DNA from: an uncultured delta proteobacterium
GTDB lineage: Bacteria > Desulfobacterota > RBG-13-43-22
Assembly (NCBI GenBank): GCA_963843145.1
Contig: CAWJJC010000028.1
Location: 384,001-448,000, forward strand
Length of the DNA: 64,000 nt
Direction: 5' to 3'
The notes beneath the pieces were generated by a model. It was not told the origin of the DNA and did no database searches. It saw only the letters and a program-made list of their open reading frames with translations. This document shows positions 9,070 through 17,371 of the stretch, one piece after another; the first letter of the stretch is position 1, and the number at the start of each line of letters is the position of its first letter. The translations under genes and the position numbers were made by a program.

Positions 9070-12000
9070 ATGACACCGACAAAAAATAACCCAATCAGAA
9101 GCAATCGGCCGATTCTCCGGAAAGCCGTTTCCCGGGAGCGTCTGTTCAAACAACTGGACCGTTTACTGGACGGCCCGGTCATCTGGGTCTCCGGCCCGGG
9201 TGGCTGCGGCAAGACGACACTGGTCAGTTCCTATCTGCAGGACCGGAGAATTCCCAACCTCTGGCACCAGGTAGCAGAGGCTGATAAGGACCCGGCCACC
9301 TTTTTTTACCGACTTGGGTTCTCTTTTAGCGATGCCTTTCCCCGTCGAAAAAACCCCCTGCCCCTTTTTGGCCCCGAATATCTCCAAGGCATCCCCGCCT
9401 TTGCCCGGCGCTTTTTCCAGGAGGCCTTCAGCAGATTAAAACCAGGGACGATTCTGGTTTTAGACAATTTCCAGTTCATTCCGGAGAATTCGATAATCCA
9501 GGAGGCTATTCTACTGGGAGTGAACGAATTCGCCCAGGGCAGGCTTCTGGTGCTGATCAGCCGGGGTGCCCCGCCTCCATCCTGGATCAGGCTCCAGGCC
9601 AATCAGGTATTGGGCCTGTTGACCTGGGAAGACCTGCGCCTGACCTTGGAAGAATCGGTGGATATCGTCCGATTGAGACCCGATCGGGACATTCCAGGGG
9701 AAACGATTCGGCAGGTTCATGCTTTGGTTGACGGCTGGGCGGCTGGGTTGATCCTGATACTGCAAGGCCTCAGGCAGGGGATGGTTCTCAAAAAAATTGA
9801 TGATATCACCCGGGAGGGCATCTTCCAATATTTTGGAAAGGAGATTTTCGACAAAACCAGCCCGGAGATAAAGGATTTTCTCCTCCGGACGGCTTTCCTG
9901 CCTCAAATGACCGTTGGGATAGCGGAAACGCTGACCGGCCTTCCCCAGGCTGGTTCCATCCTGGCCAGGTTGATGCGGAACAATTATTTCATCGATCAGC
10001 GATACCTAAAAGAGCCGGTCTACCAGTATCACCCCCTGTTCAGGACCTTTTTGCGAAAGCAGGCTAAGTCGCATTTCTCCCCGGATACGTATAAGGACTT
10101 TAACCGGAAGGCCGTTCACCTGCTGGAAACAGATGGACAGATCGAAGAAGCCTTTATTTTGGCCCGGGAGGCCGAGGACCGGGAAGTGATGATGCGTATC
10201 ATCCTCCAGAATGCTCAAATCCTCCAGTTTCAGGGAAGGTTCCAACTGCTACGGGAATGGCTGGAAGGGCTGCCGAGCGATCTGATTGAACAGGATGCTT
10301 GGCTTCTTTTCTGGCAGGGAGCAGCCCAATCCCATTTTGATTTGATTTTATGCCGGGATCTTCTGGAGCGGTCTTATGAAAAATTCAAGCAAAAAGGGGA
10401 AATAGTCGGGATGCTTTTGGCCTGGTCCGGCATCGTTTTACTCATTGCTCATTTCCTTAAAGCTAGTGATCAGTTGGATTATTGGATTGATGAACTCAAG
10501 ATCCATGTTCGGGATCCCTTTCAGGAATTTCCTTCTCCCTGGATTGGAGAGCGAGTTTCGACGAGTTTGTTTTGCGCCCTAGTCCAGAAACAGCCCGGTC
10601 ATCCGGAGATAGAACTCTGGGCGAGTCGAGCCCTGTCCCTGACGGAAGACTTCCGATATTATAAAGACATTAGAGGTGTTTTTTTATTCTATCTGGTTCT
10701 TTTCAGACTCTCTGTCGGCCACTTAGAAAAGGCCTCCCTGGCGTTGGAAATGTTCAACTCATTTACGCAAACCCTGGAAGATCAGTCCCCCCTTCGTATA
10801 TCTGGCATCATGGCCCAGGCGATGTTTTTTCAGGTAGCGGGCTTCCCTGAAAAATGCATTAAGTCCGTTTCCGAGGGCCTTGAGTTTTCCCGAACATTCG
10901 GCGAGGCTGGGACTATTGGAAGTAATTTTTTGTTTTTCCAGGCCATCCAGAATTCACTGAATATGAATGATACCGAAAAGGCGTGCCAGTTCATTAGCCA
11001 GTTATCCACTTCCATGAATAACCCAGGAGTGGGAAACAAGGCGATGGCTAGCCGTGACCAGTGCTTTTATTTTTACACCTTGGCCAGAGAAGAACTTATC
11101 CGCGGAACATACGATCATGCCGCCATTCATGGGGAACAGGCCCTGCGGTTCGCGATCGACACCGGCGCCCCATTCTTCATCGGGACCGCCTATCTGCTGA
11201 ACGCCGTTATTTTGAATCGCCGAGGGATGGATGATAAGGCCCGGGAACACCTTTCCCAGGGCCTGGCCATCTCCCGGCAGATCAAGAGCCTAATCCTGGA
11301 ATTCAATGCCCGGCTGCAGCAGGCCTATGTGGCCTTCAAGAGCCGCGAGGAAATCAAGGGCCTCAGGTCTCTTCGGGAAGCGTTGACCCTGGGGAAAGAA
11401 GAGAAGTTTTTGAATACCTACATTGACTGTCCGGCTGATACCGCCTTTCTCTGCCAGAAGGCGCTGGAAGAGGGGATCGAGGTGGAATACGTCCAGGAAA
11501 TCATCCGCCGGAGAAGGCTGGCGCCTGAAAATCCTCCAGTCCATCTGGAAAATTGGCCCTGGCTGCTGAAGGTGTACACCTTGGGACAGTTCGTCATTTA
11601 TAAAGATGGGCAGCCCCTCCGCTTCTCGCGCAAGGCCCAGAAAAAACCTCTCGAACTGCTCCAGGCCCTGATCGCCGCCGGGGCCAAGGGCATCCGGGAT
11701 GAGGAACTGGCCGATGTCCTCTGGCCGGAGGCCGACGGGGATGCAGCGGCCCAAACGTTAAAGACCACGCTGTATCGGCTTCGCCTGCTGATCGGTAAGG
11801 ACGAGGTGGTGAAAGTCCGCGAAGGGCGGGTGACCCTGGACGACCGCCATTGCTGGACCGATGCCTGGGCCTTTGAACAGCTTATCGGAGAGGCTGATCG
11901 GAGCAATTCCCAGGCCGCCCTCCCGCTGCTGGAAAAGGCCGTCGGGTCATACCAAGGCCCTTTTCTGGGCCGGGGGATGGAGGAGCCCTGGCTGCTGTCC

Positions 12001-12297
12001 GCCGCGGAAAGGCTGCGCAGCAAATTCCTGCGCGGGGTGGAGAGGTTGGGCTCCCTCCGGAGCCAAAAAGAAGAATGGAAGCAAGCCCGGGAATGCTACC
12101 TGAAGGGTCTGGAGGTGGACGGCCTGGCCGAGGAATTCTGCCGGGGCGCCCTGGTCTGCTGCCGGAAACTGGGTTTGCGGGCCGAGGGGTTGTCGCTTTA
12201 CAAGCGTTTTGAGAAAAGGCTTAAAACGGAGCTAGGGATCGAACCGGACGCTCGGACCAGGGTTGTCAGGGACAGTTTGCTGGGAGAGGCAGGATGA
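9070..12297 (+). CDS. MalT-like STAND ATPase transcriptional activator with TPR region and C-terminal wHTH-BTAD (SARP-like) module
   Basis: R.RL, GPGGCGKTT, LVLDNF, GWAAGL, YQYHPLFR; C-terminal LG.F, LWPEADGD, LYRLR, Y.GPFL; ATG 9070 has an RBS. Confidence 0.88.
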   Translation: MTPTKNNPIRSNRPILRKAVSRERLFKQLDRLLDGPVIWVSGPGGCGKTTLVSSYLQDRRIPNLWHQVAEADKDPATFFYRLGFSFSDAFPRRKNPLPLFGPEYLQGIPAFARRFFQEAFSRLKPGTILVLDNFQFIPENSIIQEAILLGVNEFAQGRLLVLISRGAPPPSWIRLQANQVLGLLTWEDLRLTLEESVDIVRLRPDRDIPGETIRQVHALVDGWAAGLILILQGLRQGMVLKKIDDITREGIFQYFGKEIFDKTSPEIKDFLLRTAFLPQMTVGIAETLTGLPQAGSILARLMRNNYFIDQRYLKEPVYQYHPLFRTFLRKQAKSHFSPDTYKDFNRKAVHLLETDGQIEEAFILAREAEDREVMMRIILQNAQILQFQGRFQLLREWLEGLPSDLIEQDAWLLFWQGAAQSHFDLILCRDLLERSYEKFKQKGEIVGMLLAWSGIVLLIAHFLKASDQLDYWIDELKIHVRDPFQEFPSPWIGERVSTSLFCALVQKQPGHPEIELWASRALSLTEDFRYYKDIRGVFLFYLVLFRLSVGHLEKASLALEMFNSFTQTLEDQSPLRISGIMAQAMFFQVAGFPEKCIKSVSEGLEFSRTFGEAGTIGSNFLFFQAIQNSLNMNDTEKACQFISQLSTSMNNPGVGNKAMASRDQCFYFYTLAREELIRGTYDHAAIHGEQALRFAIDTGAPFFIGTAYLLNAVILNRRGMDDKAREHLSQGLAISRQIKSLILEFNARLQQAYVAFKSREEIKGLRSLREALTLGKEEKFLNTYIDCPADTAFLCQKALEEGIEVEYVQEIIRRRRLAPENPPVHLENWPWLLKVYTLGQFVIYKDGQPLRFSRKAQKKPLELLQALIAAGAKGIRDEELADVLWPEADGDAAAQTLKTTLYRLRLLIGKDEVVKVREGRVTLDDRHCWTDAWAFEQLIGEADRSNSQAALPLLEKAVGSYQGPFLGRGMEEPWLLSAAERLRSKFLRGVERLGSLRSQKEEWKQARECYLKGLEVDGLAEEFCRGALVCCRKLGLRAEGLSLYKRFEKRLKTELGIEPDARTRVVRDSLLGEAG

Positions 12298-12330
12298 AGG
12301 AGATGGAAGATGGAAGAGGGAGGATGGAAG
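12293..12330. repeat. Short purine-rich heptamer tandem (GATGGAA-like)
   Basis: GATGAAG GAGATGGAAGATGGAAGAGGGAGGATGGAAG. Confidence 0.45.
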
Positions 12331-12354
12331 AAAAAAACAGACAGGCCGGAGGCT

Positions 12355-12492
12355 ATAGCGGTGAAGGAAGCCTTGACCAGCCTCAAGGGTATGGTTCCCA
12401 AACCTGAAAAGAAATTGTCGTTGGAGGAGATGGACGAGGCTATTGCCCAAGAAACCAACCGGTGATCGGGTTGGACGCTAATGTCCTGACCC
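12355..12492 (+). pseudogene. Relic of AbrB-type antitoxin C-terminus plus first codons of a VapC
   Basis: SLKGMVPKPEKKLSLEEMDEAIA...TGA overlapping GTG-IGLDANVL (PIN N-terminal motif), then the frame is lost. Confidence 0.7.
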
Positions 12493-12730
12493 TTTGATCA
12501 AAAAGCGGCGGAAGACGATCTGTTTCGCCTGGTCCCGCTTTGATCTGCCCGGCTTGGTCGACCACTTCCACTCCGGTTACCCTGCTCCCACACATCCAAC
12601 AGGATCTGCTTCGCTTGATCAACCCTACCTAGAACTGTTCTCTTTCTTCTCTCTTCTCCCCACTTCTTCCCCGAGTGCAGCAGCCGGAAAAAATGTTAAC
12701 TTTTTCACTTTTTTTCTATTTTCTCCCCAA

Positions 12731-12750
12731 TCTGTCACCTATCTGTAACC
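12731..12750 (+). promoter_or_regulatory. Putative SARP/wHTH binding site (11-bp-period direct repeat)
   Basis: TCTGTCACC-TA-TCTGTAACC upstream of the small gene following the BTAD regulator. Confidence 0.5.
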
Positions 12751-12874
12751 TTCCACCTGTTATTCAAGCAGTAAAAGACCATTTCATTTCAAAATTAAAA
12801 AGACTCAATCCTTAATCGTCCTTATGGGTCCGTAGATTCAGGCAGAGTTAGCCTGCCGGGTCAATGGAGGGGTC

Positions 12875-13069
12875 ATGAATCCGGTCGTCAATTACATCAT
12901 TCGGATCTACCGGTGCGAAAAGGACCGACCCCAAAGCCTGGTGGGGGTCGCGGAAGAGGCGGGGACAAAGGGGAAAAAGGCATTTCAGAGCTATGATGAG
13001 CTTTGGGACATTTTGAATGCATCTGGAAAATCGGCATCTGCCGATTCTTCAAAAAAAAGCGACACTTAG
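12875..13069 (+). CDS. Small hypothetical protein
   Basis: GGAGG RBS; YIIRIYR...LVGVAEE...AF..YDELW.IL. Confidence 0.7.
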   Translation: MNPVVNYIIRIYRCEKDRPQSLVGVAEEAGTKGKKAFQSYDELWDILNASGKSASADSSKKSDT

Positions 13070-13190
13070 AAATGACATTATAACGCACCTTCGGAGGGAA
13101 GAAGAAAGGAGGTGAGGGGCTTGGTTCTGTCGGCAGGGTAGATGTTGGATACCAATAACCATTAATGAACTCATTAAAGGAGGGAACATC

Positions 13191-13898
13191 ATGAATAATT
13201 TAAGAAGAACGAAGTGCTGCTTTATCGTAGCCGTCATCGCGCTTCTGGCTGTGTTCGTGGCCGCCCCGGTCGGGGCGGGAAACTTGAACTGGAAGCTCCG
13301 CGGGGATTATGCCTATAATGTGGCCGCAACATGCGCACACGCTGTATGCGGCCCAGACCAAGCAGGAATATACGACTGCCAAGACGAATCCACTCGGGGG
13401 TTCGACCCAGCAACTTTAGCGCTAAGAGTACCAGGATCACAAAAATCGTACAGCTATAACGTCCAGGGTGTAATGCACTTTGACGGCCATGGGAATTTTA
13501 CCCTTAAGGGAGAGGTTCTGAGTATTCGTACTAGTCTGGGCATTAATCCGCCTGATATTCCCGTGGCCCAGTTCGACCTGGATGTCGACGGCACCTACGT
13601 AGTAGATTCTGTAGGCAACGGACTGTTTGTTGCCATCACACCTTCCACCTCCTACACTGTCACGATCAAGTCGGGACCCTATAAGGGATTTATAGAAAAT
13701 GTTTCTGGGTCTATCACTTTACGGGGCCGGTTGGACACTGTCGAAGGGAGCAGCACCGTGATCATAAGCCAAACGGTTCCGGAAATAGAAGAATTAGAGA
13801 TGATTGTGCCCGCGTTGGGTATGAACGAACAAAGAATTTGTAATCCCACGGGAAGTATAGTGCAGCTTTCACCAAGGAGAAACTGGTTCTCAAAATAA
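13191..13898 (+). CDS. Secreted beta-rich hypothetical protein
   Basis: GGAGG RBS, Sec-type signal peptide, terminator downstream. Confidence 0.75.
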   Translation: MNNLRRTKCCFIVAVIALLAVFVAAPVGAGNLNWKLRGDYAYNVAATCAHAVCGPDQAGIYDCQDESTRGFDPATLALRVPGSQKSYSYNVQGVMHFDGHGNFTLKGEVLSIRTSLGINPPDIPVAQFDLDVDGTYVVDSVGNGLFVAITPSTSYTVTIKSGPYKGFIENVSGSITLRGRLDTVEGSSTVIISQTVPEIEELEMIVPALGMNEQRICNPTGSIVQLSPRRNWFSK

Positions 13899-13952
13899 GA
13901 AACGGACCTACCGAAACCTAAAAAATAGCCATAAAAGTCCGTCTGCAATTCC

Positions 13953-13987
13953 GGCAGGGCCGTCCTCGGCCCTGCCTTCCTTTTTTT
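13953..13987 (+). terminator. Rho-independent terminator
   Basis: GGCAGGGCCG-TCCT-CGGCCCTGCC followed by T-tract. Confidence 0.8.
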
Positions 13988-14047
13988 CCGGGGAATGGAA
14001 CCCATGGCAATATCTTTTATGACTGGAACTGGTGAGGTAAATAGGGT

Positions 14048-14896
14048 CTATTGAATTCCCATTCGAAAGCGGTACCCCTGAAATCGAAAGACGATGCCCT
14101 TCGGAAATATTTCCTCCACCCGCATCCCTTCGGTTGAAACCTGTCCTTCCTGGAGAAGCTGCTCGTTGACCTGAACCAAGCGGCTCTGCGGATCGGGGCT
14201 GTAAACGTGAGCCGATATCTTCAACGGCGGCAGGGCGCTGCGGACATCGGCCGGCAGGTCGTTCAGGTTGAAAACCCGGTCGCTTTGCAGCACCGCCATT
14301 TTTGACGCCTTCTGGGGCGGCACCTTGGCCTGATCGGAAGTGGAGGCTTTTTTATCCGGAGGCGGCGGAGTTTTTGCCGGTTCGGTTGCCGGCACCCGCG
14401 CTTGGGGCGGTCCGGGAGAGTGCGGGTCCACCGGACTCTTGGGTGTCGCCGGAAACGAGGGTCGTTTCTCGGCAGGTATTGCCGTCTTGACCGGGGCGGA
14501 AACCGGCAATTTCTCCGGAGGGGAGATAGAGGTTTTCCGGTCCTCCGGCCCCTTGGATCCCGCCGGAGTCGGGGTCCGCTCCGAGGCCTTCTTCCGGCGG
14601 TCTGCGTCCTGGGCGAGAGAGGTTACGGGGGGGAGGACGGCCGTGGGGACCGATTTGACGAGGGCTCGCTGGGGGAGCATCGGGGCGGACCGGGGCGGTC
14701 GGTACGGTCCCCGGAAAACAATCCACCAGACCAGGACCAATGCGTTGAGGATCAGGCCCACCGCGACCAGGGTGAGCCAATGGGCCCTGGGGCGGGTTTC
14801 CGGCACCGTTGCGTCCGTCAGGGTCAGGGTTGGCCGTTCTTCCGCCTGTTGTCTATTCCGTTCGAGTTTTTTCAGGGCTTCCAGGATATAGGACAT
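14048..14896 (-). CDS. gspB: General secretion pathway protein B (GspB/ExeB)
   Basis: MSYILEALKKLE, one TM helix, Pro-rich linker, LKISAHVYS.DP.SRLV.VN...L.EG C-terminal domain. Confidence 0.85.
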   Translation of the reverse strand: MSYILEALKKLERNRQQAEERPTLTLTDATVPETRPRAHWLTLVAVGLILNALVLVWWIVFRGPYRPPRSAPMLPQRALVKSVPTAVLPPVTSLAQDADRRKKASERTPTPAGSKGPEDRKTSISPPEKLPVSAPVKTAIPAEKRPSFPATPKSPVDPHSPGPPQARVPATEPAKTPPPPDKKASTSDQAKVPPQKASKMAVLQSDRVFNLNDLPADVRSALPPLKISAHVYSPDPQSRLVQVNEQLLQEGQVSTEGMRVEEIFPKGIVFRFQGYRFRMGIQ

Positions 14897-14917
14897 ATCT
14901 AGCAATAGAGAATAAGT

Positions 14918-15316
14918 TTAAAAGGCTACCAGGTCCAGTTTGGTGAATTTTTGGATTGTTTTAAAGTGGTTGTCCAGGGTTAGTATACGCAGCCGGTTTT
15001 CAACGGCCATCTGGGCGATCAGCAGGTCAACCACGCCGATTGTGTTTCCTTTTTTGGAAATCGAAAAGCCCATTTCCCCTGCCATTCGATAGCTTTCGGG
15101 TTTGGGGTCAACCATTTTGATTACGGAGAATAACTCGTTGATGACCGTCAACTCTTTAAGGCTTTTCCCGCCGCGAAGCAGTTCCAGGAGGACGATCCCG
15201 GACCCGACCGCCTTCTGATCTCGAAGATACCCGGACACCAGATCAAAAACTGGTTCATTCTTTTTACGGAAGAATTCGATCCAGGCGGATGTGTCGATTA
15301 AAATGCTACCGTTCAT
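14918..15316 (-). CDS. vapC: VapC PIN-domain toxin
   Basis: LIDTSAWIEFF, ELLRG, DLLIA, LTLDNHF. Confidence 0.9.
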   Translation of the reverse strand: MNGSILIDTSAWIEFFRKKNEPVFDLVSGYLRDQKAVGSGIVLLELLRGGKSLKELTVINELFSVIKMVDPKPESYRMAGEMGFSISKKGNTIGVVDLLIAQMAVENRLRILTLDNHFKTIQKFTKLDLVAF

Positions 15317-15500
15317 GGCGGGCTTTTTCCCAGTCGTTATTAAAATCAAGTTTTCCGGCCGAACCTATAATTTTTTCAACTTTTTGTTTTCGAATCAATT
15401 CGGTCAGGGCCTTATGAATTGTTTCCGTTTTTGTCCGAGATCCGGTTAAGCGGATAGCCTCCTCGAGTAATTCTTTTGATATGTTCAATGTTGTTTTCAT
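15306..15500 (-). CDS. vapB: VapB family antitoxin (RHH)
   Basis: MKTTLNI..ELLEEA..LTG..TKTETI..AL; overlaps vapC start. Confidence 0.88.
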   Translation of the reverse strand: MKTTLNISKELLEEAIRLTGSRTKTETIHKALTELIRKQKVEKIIGSAGKLDFNNDWEKARHER

Positions 15501-15585
15501 GATCCATCCCGATTCTTATATTTTATACATATAATATAATGGAAGGATACATATGGCAATATCTTTTTGAAGGGAATATTTGGTC

Positions 15586-15617
15586 TTGACAAGTATGATT
15601 TAAGATACTAAAATCAT
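15586..15617 (+). promoter_or_regulatory. Sigma70 promoter of marR with overlapping operator palindrome (probably leaderless mRNA)
   Basis: TTGACA(15586)-17-TAAAAT(15609); inverted repeat ATGATTT-N9-AAATCAT (15595-15617); ATG only 5 nt after the -10 box. Confidence 0.7.
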
Positions 15618-15619
15618 CC

Positions 15620-16069
15620 ATGTCCTCAGAGCCTGCAAAAATAGCCGGTCAGATCCGCCGAGTCATCAACCGGTCCATGTTCCTGGAGAAGCGGACCATT
15701 CTGCACCATGAGGCCCTGCGGCTCTTTCCCTCGGAAATTCACCTGTTGCAGGTCATCGACGAATCTCCGGAACTGAGCGCCGGGGAAATGGCTCGGAAGT
15801 TGGGTATCAGCATTGGCGCCGTGTCCCAGACGCTGAACCGCCTGGAAAAGAAAGGGGTTATCCTAAAGAGCAAGGCCCCGGCCCTTAAAAACAGGCTGTC
15901 GGCCAGGTTGACCGAGGTCGGGCAAACCGCTATCCGGCAATTTGAGCAAGGGCAGGAAGTCACGATGAAGGCTTTTTCCAGCTACCTGGGCGGATTGTCA
16001 AACGGAGAAAGAAAGGTCATCGAGGGATTTCTATCCCACTTGGAGGAATTCTTGAGACGCCTGGAGTAA
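15620..16069 (+). CDS. MarR family transcriptional regulator
   Basis: LFPSEIHLL, winged-HTH GISIGAVSQTLNRLEKKG, LTEVG. Confidence 0.9.
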   Translation: MSSEPAKIAGQIRRVINRSMFLEKRTILHHEALRLFPSEIHLLQVIDESPELSAGEMARKLGISIGAVSQTLNRLEKKGVILKSKAPALKNRLSARLTEVGQTAIRQFEQGQEVTMKAFSSYLGGLSNGERKVIEGFLSHLEEFLRRLE

Positions 16070-16117
16070 TTTTTTTTGGACTATGTTTATAGTATCTAAA
16101 ATCAAAGGAGGATGATT

Positions 16118-16861
16118 ATGGGAAACAGATTGTTGGCCGGTGTTGGGCGTACCCTGGTGGGGGTGCCTCCCATTCTTTGGGAGAAACGAATTGAAAAGGC
16201 GAGGCAGAAGAAAATAAATTCCATTCGATTTATGTCCCCCGAGCATCGCCTGGTTCATCATTATGTGGTCGGGGAGTTGCCGCGTATCGGAGGACCGATA
16301 TCGGCGGAAAAGGTGTCCCAGGATCTGGCCTTGTCCCTGGAGCGAACCCTAGATATTTTGCGCGAGTTGGAGGAACACCTGACCTTTCTTTGCCGGAACG
16401 AGGAGGGGCAGGTCGTCTGGGCCTACCCGGTGACCGTGGAAAAAACCCCGCACCGAATCATCTTCGAATCGGGGGAGCGGTTGTATGCCGCTTGAGCGGT
16501 GGACGCGTTCGCGACGCCCTTCGTGCAAGGGCAACTGAGGCAGGAAAAGGTAGTCATTCGGGTTGACACGGAATGCGCCCACTGCAAAAGTCCGATGCAG
16601 TTGGAGATCGACAGCGATATGAATTGCCGTTGCCCGGAAACGGACTGTAACCCGATTATCTTTGTCCCCGACGTGGATTTCGGTCACCTGAAAGATCCCA
16701 ACATCATCGAGGCCTTTTGAAAAAAAAGTGTGTTCTTCCGGTCGGAAGAACATGCTCGGGCGTATCGAAGGAAAGAGCATCGAATCCGTGGTGCGTATTT
16801 TACCACCAGTCAGATCGCCTATTTAAATAAAGCCATTCAGAGCGCCATCTTTGGTTGGTGA
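16118..16861 (+). CDS. Organomercurial lyase MerB-like protein with two in-frame UGA codons (predicted selenocysteines U126, U201); 247 aa
   Basis: One frame: wHTH...WAYPVTVEKTPH...LYAA-TGA-AVDAF...CAHC...IIEAF-TGA-KKSVFFRSEEHARAY...FGW-stop; the UGAs align with MerB catalytic Cys96 (C-x-x-D99) and Cys159 (FC..VHFF.S); SECIS-like hairpins follow both; AGGAGG RBS 6 nt before ATG 16118. Confidence 0.85.
16516..16532 (+). promoter_or_regulatory. Putative bacterial SECIS hairpin 1
   Basis: GCCCTT-CGTGC-AAGGGC; loop starts 26 nt after UGA 16493-16495, with G at loop position 2. Confidence 0.55.
16727..16756 (+). promoter_or_regulatory. Putative bacterial SECIS hairpin 2
   Basis: AGTGTGTTCTTCC-GGTC-GGAAGAACATGCT 13-bp stem; GGUC loop 19 nt after UGA 16718-16720. 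Confidence 0.75.
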
Positions 16862-16879
16862 ATATCGGACCGGAAGGAA

Positions 16880-17371
16880 TTAATCGGAGAATCGCTTTGA
16901 ACTGCGATTATCCCCCAAGAGCCTTTTCTTGCGAACCGACTGAATAGCTCCATCCAGACCTTGAAGGAAGAGGGATCGATCTTTCTTTTGGAATGGCGGC
17001 GGTCCGCCGGCCAGGGATCCGGCATCGCGTAATTGGGAAAGGAGATCGCGGGTGGCCAGGGCATCCCCGATGTTCTCTTCGGTAAAGGGGCGGCCTGTGG
17101 GCCGGAGCACCAGGGCCCCCTTCCCCAGGCAGCGGGCGGCCAAAGGGATATCCCCGGAGATGACAATATCATCCGCTTCCAGGTGATCGACGATATAGTT
17201 ATCCGCCGCGTCAAAGTGATTGGTGACGATGACCAGTTCAATCCAGTCCTCCACCGGGGTGCGCATCCGGGAATTGGCCACCAGGATGACCCGTAATCCG
17301 TAGCGTTCGGCCACCCGGTATATTTCTTCTTTCACCGGACAGGCATCGGCATCGACAAAGATATCTAGCAA
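16880..17371 (-). CDS. YaiI/YqxD family protein (UPF0178)
   Basis: IFVDADACPVK, DAAD.YI, DIPLAA, GGPPPF..KDR..F; TTG start. Confidence 0.9.
   Translation of the reverse strand: MLDIFVDADACPVKEEIYRVAERYGLRVILVANSRMRTPVEDWIELVIVTNHFDAADNYIVDHLEADDIVISGDIPLAARCLGKGALVLRPTGRPFTEENIGDALATRDLLSQLRDAGSLAGGPPPFQKKDRSLFLQGLDGAIQSVRKKRLLGDNRSSKRFSD

Noticed and set aside
16859-16861. Third TGA in the merB-like frame as a further Sec
   Set aside because: Falls where MerB proteins end, no SECIS-like hairpin is evident, and readthrough would run into the convergent yaiI gene.
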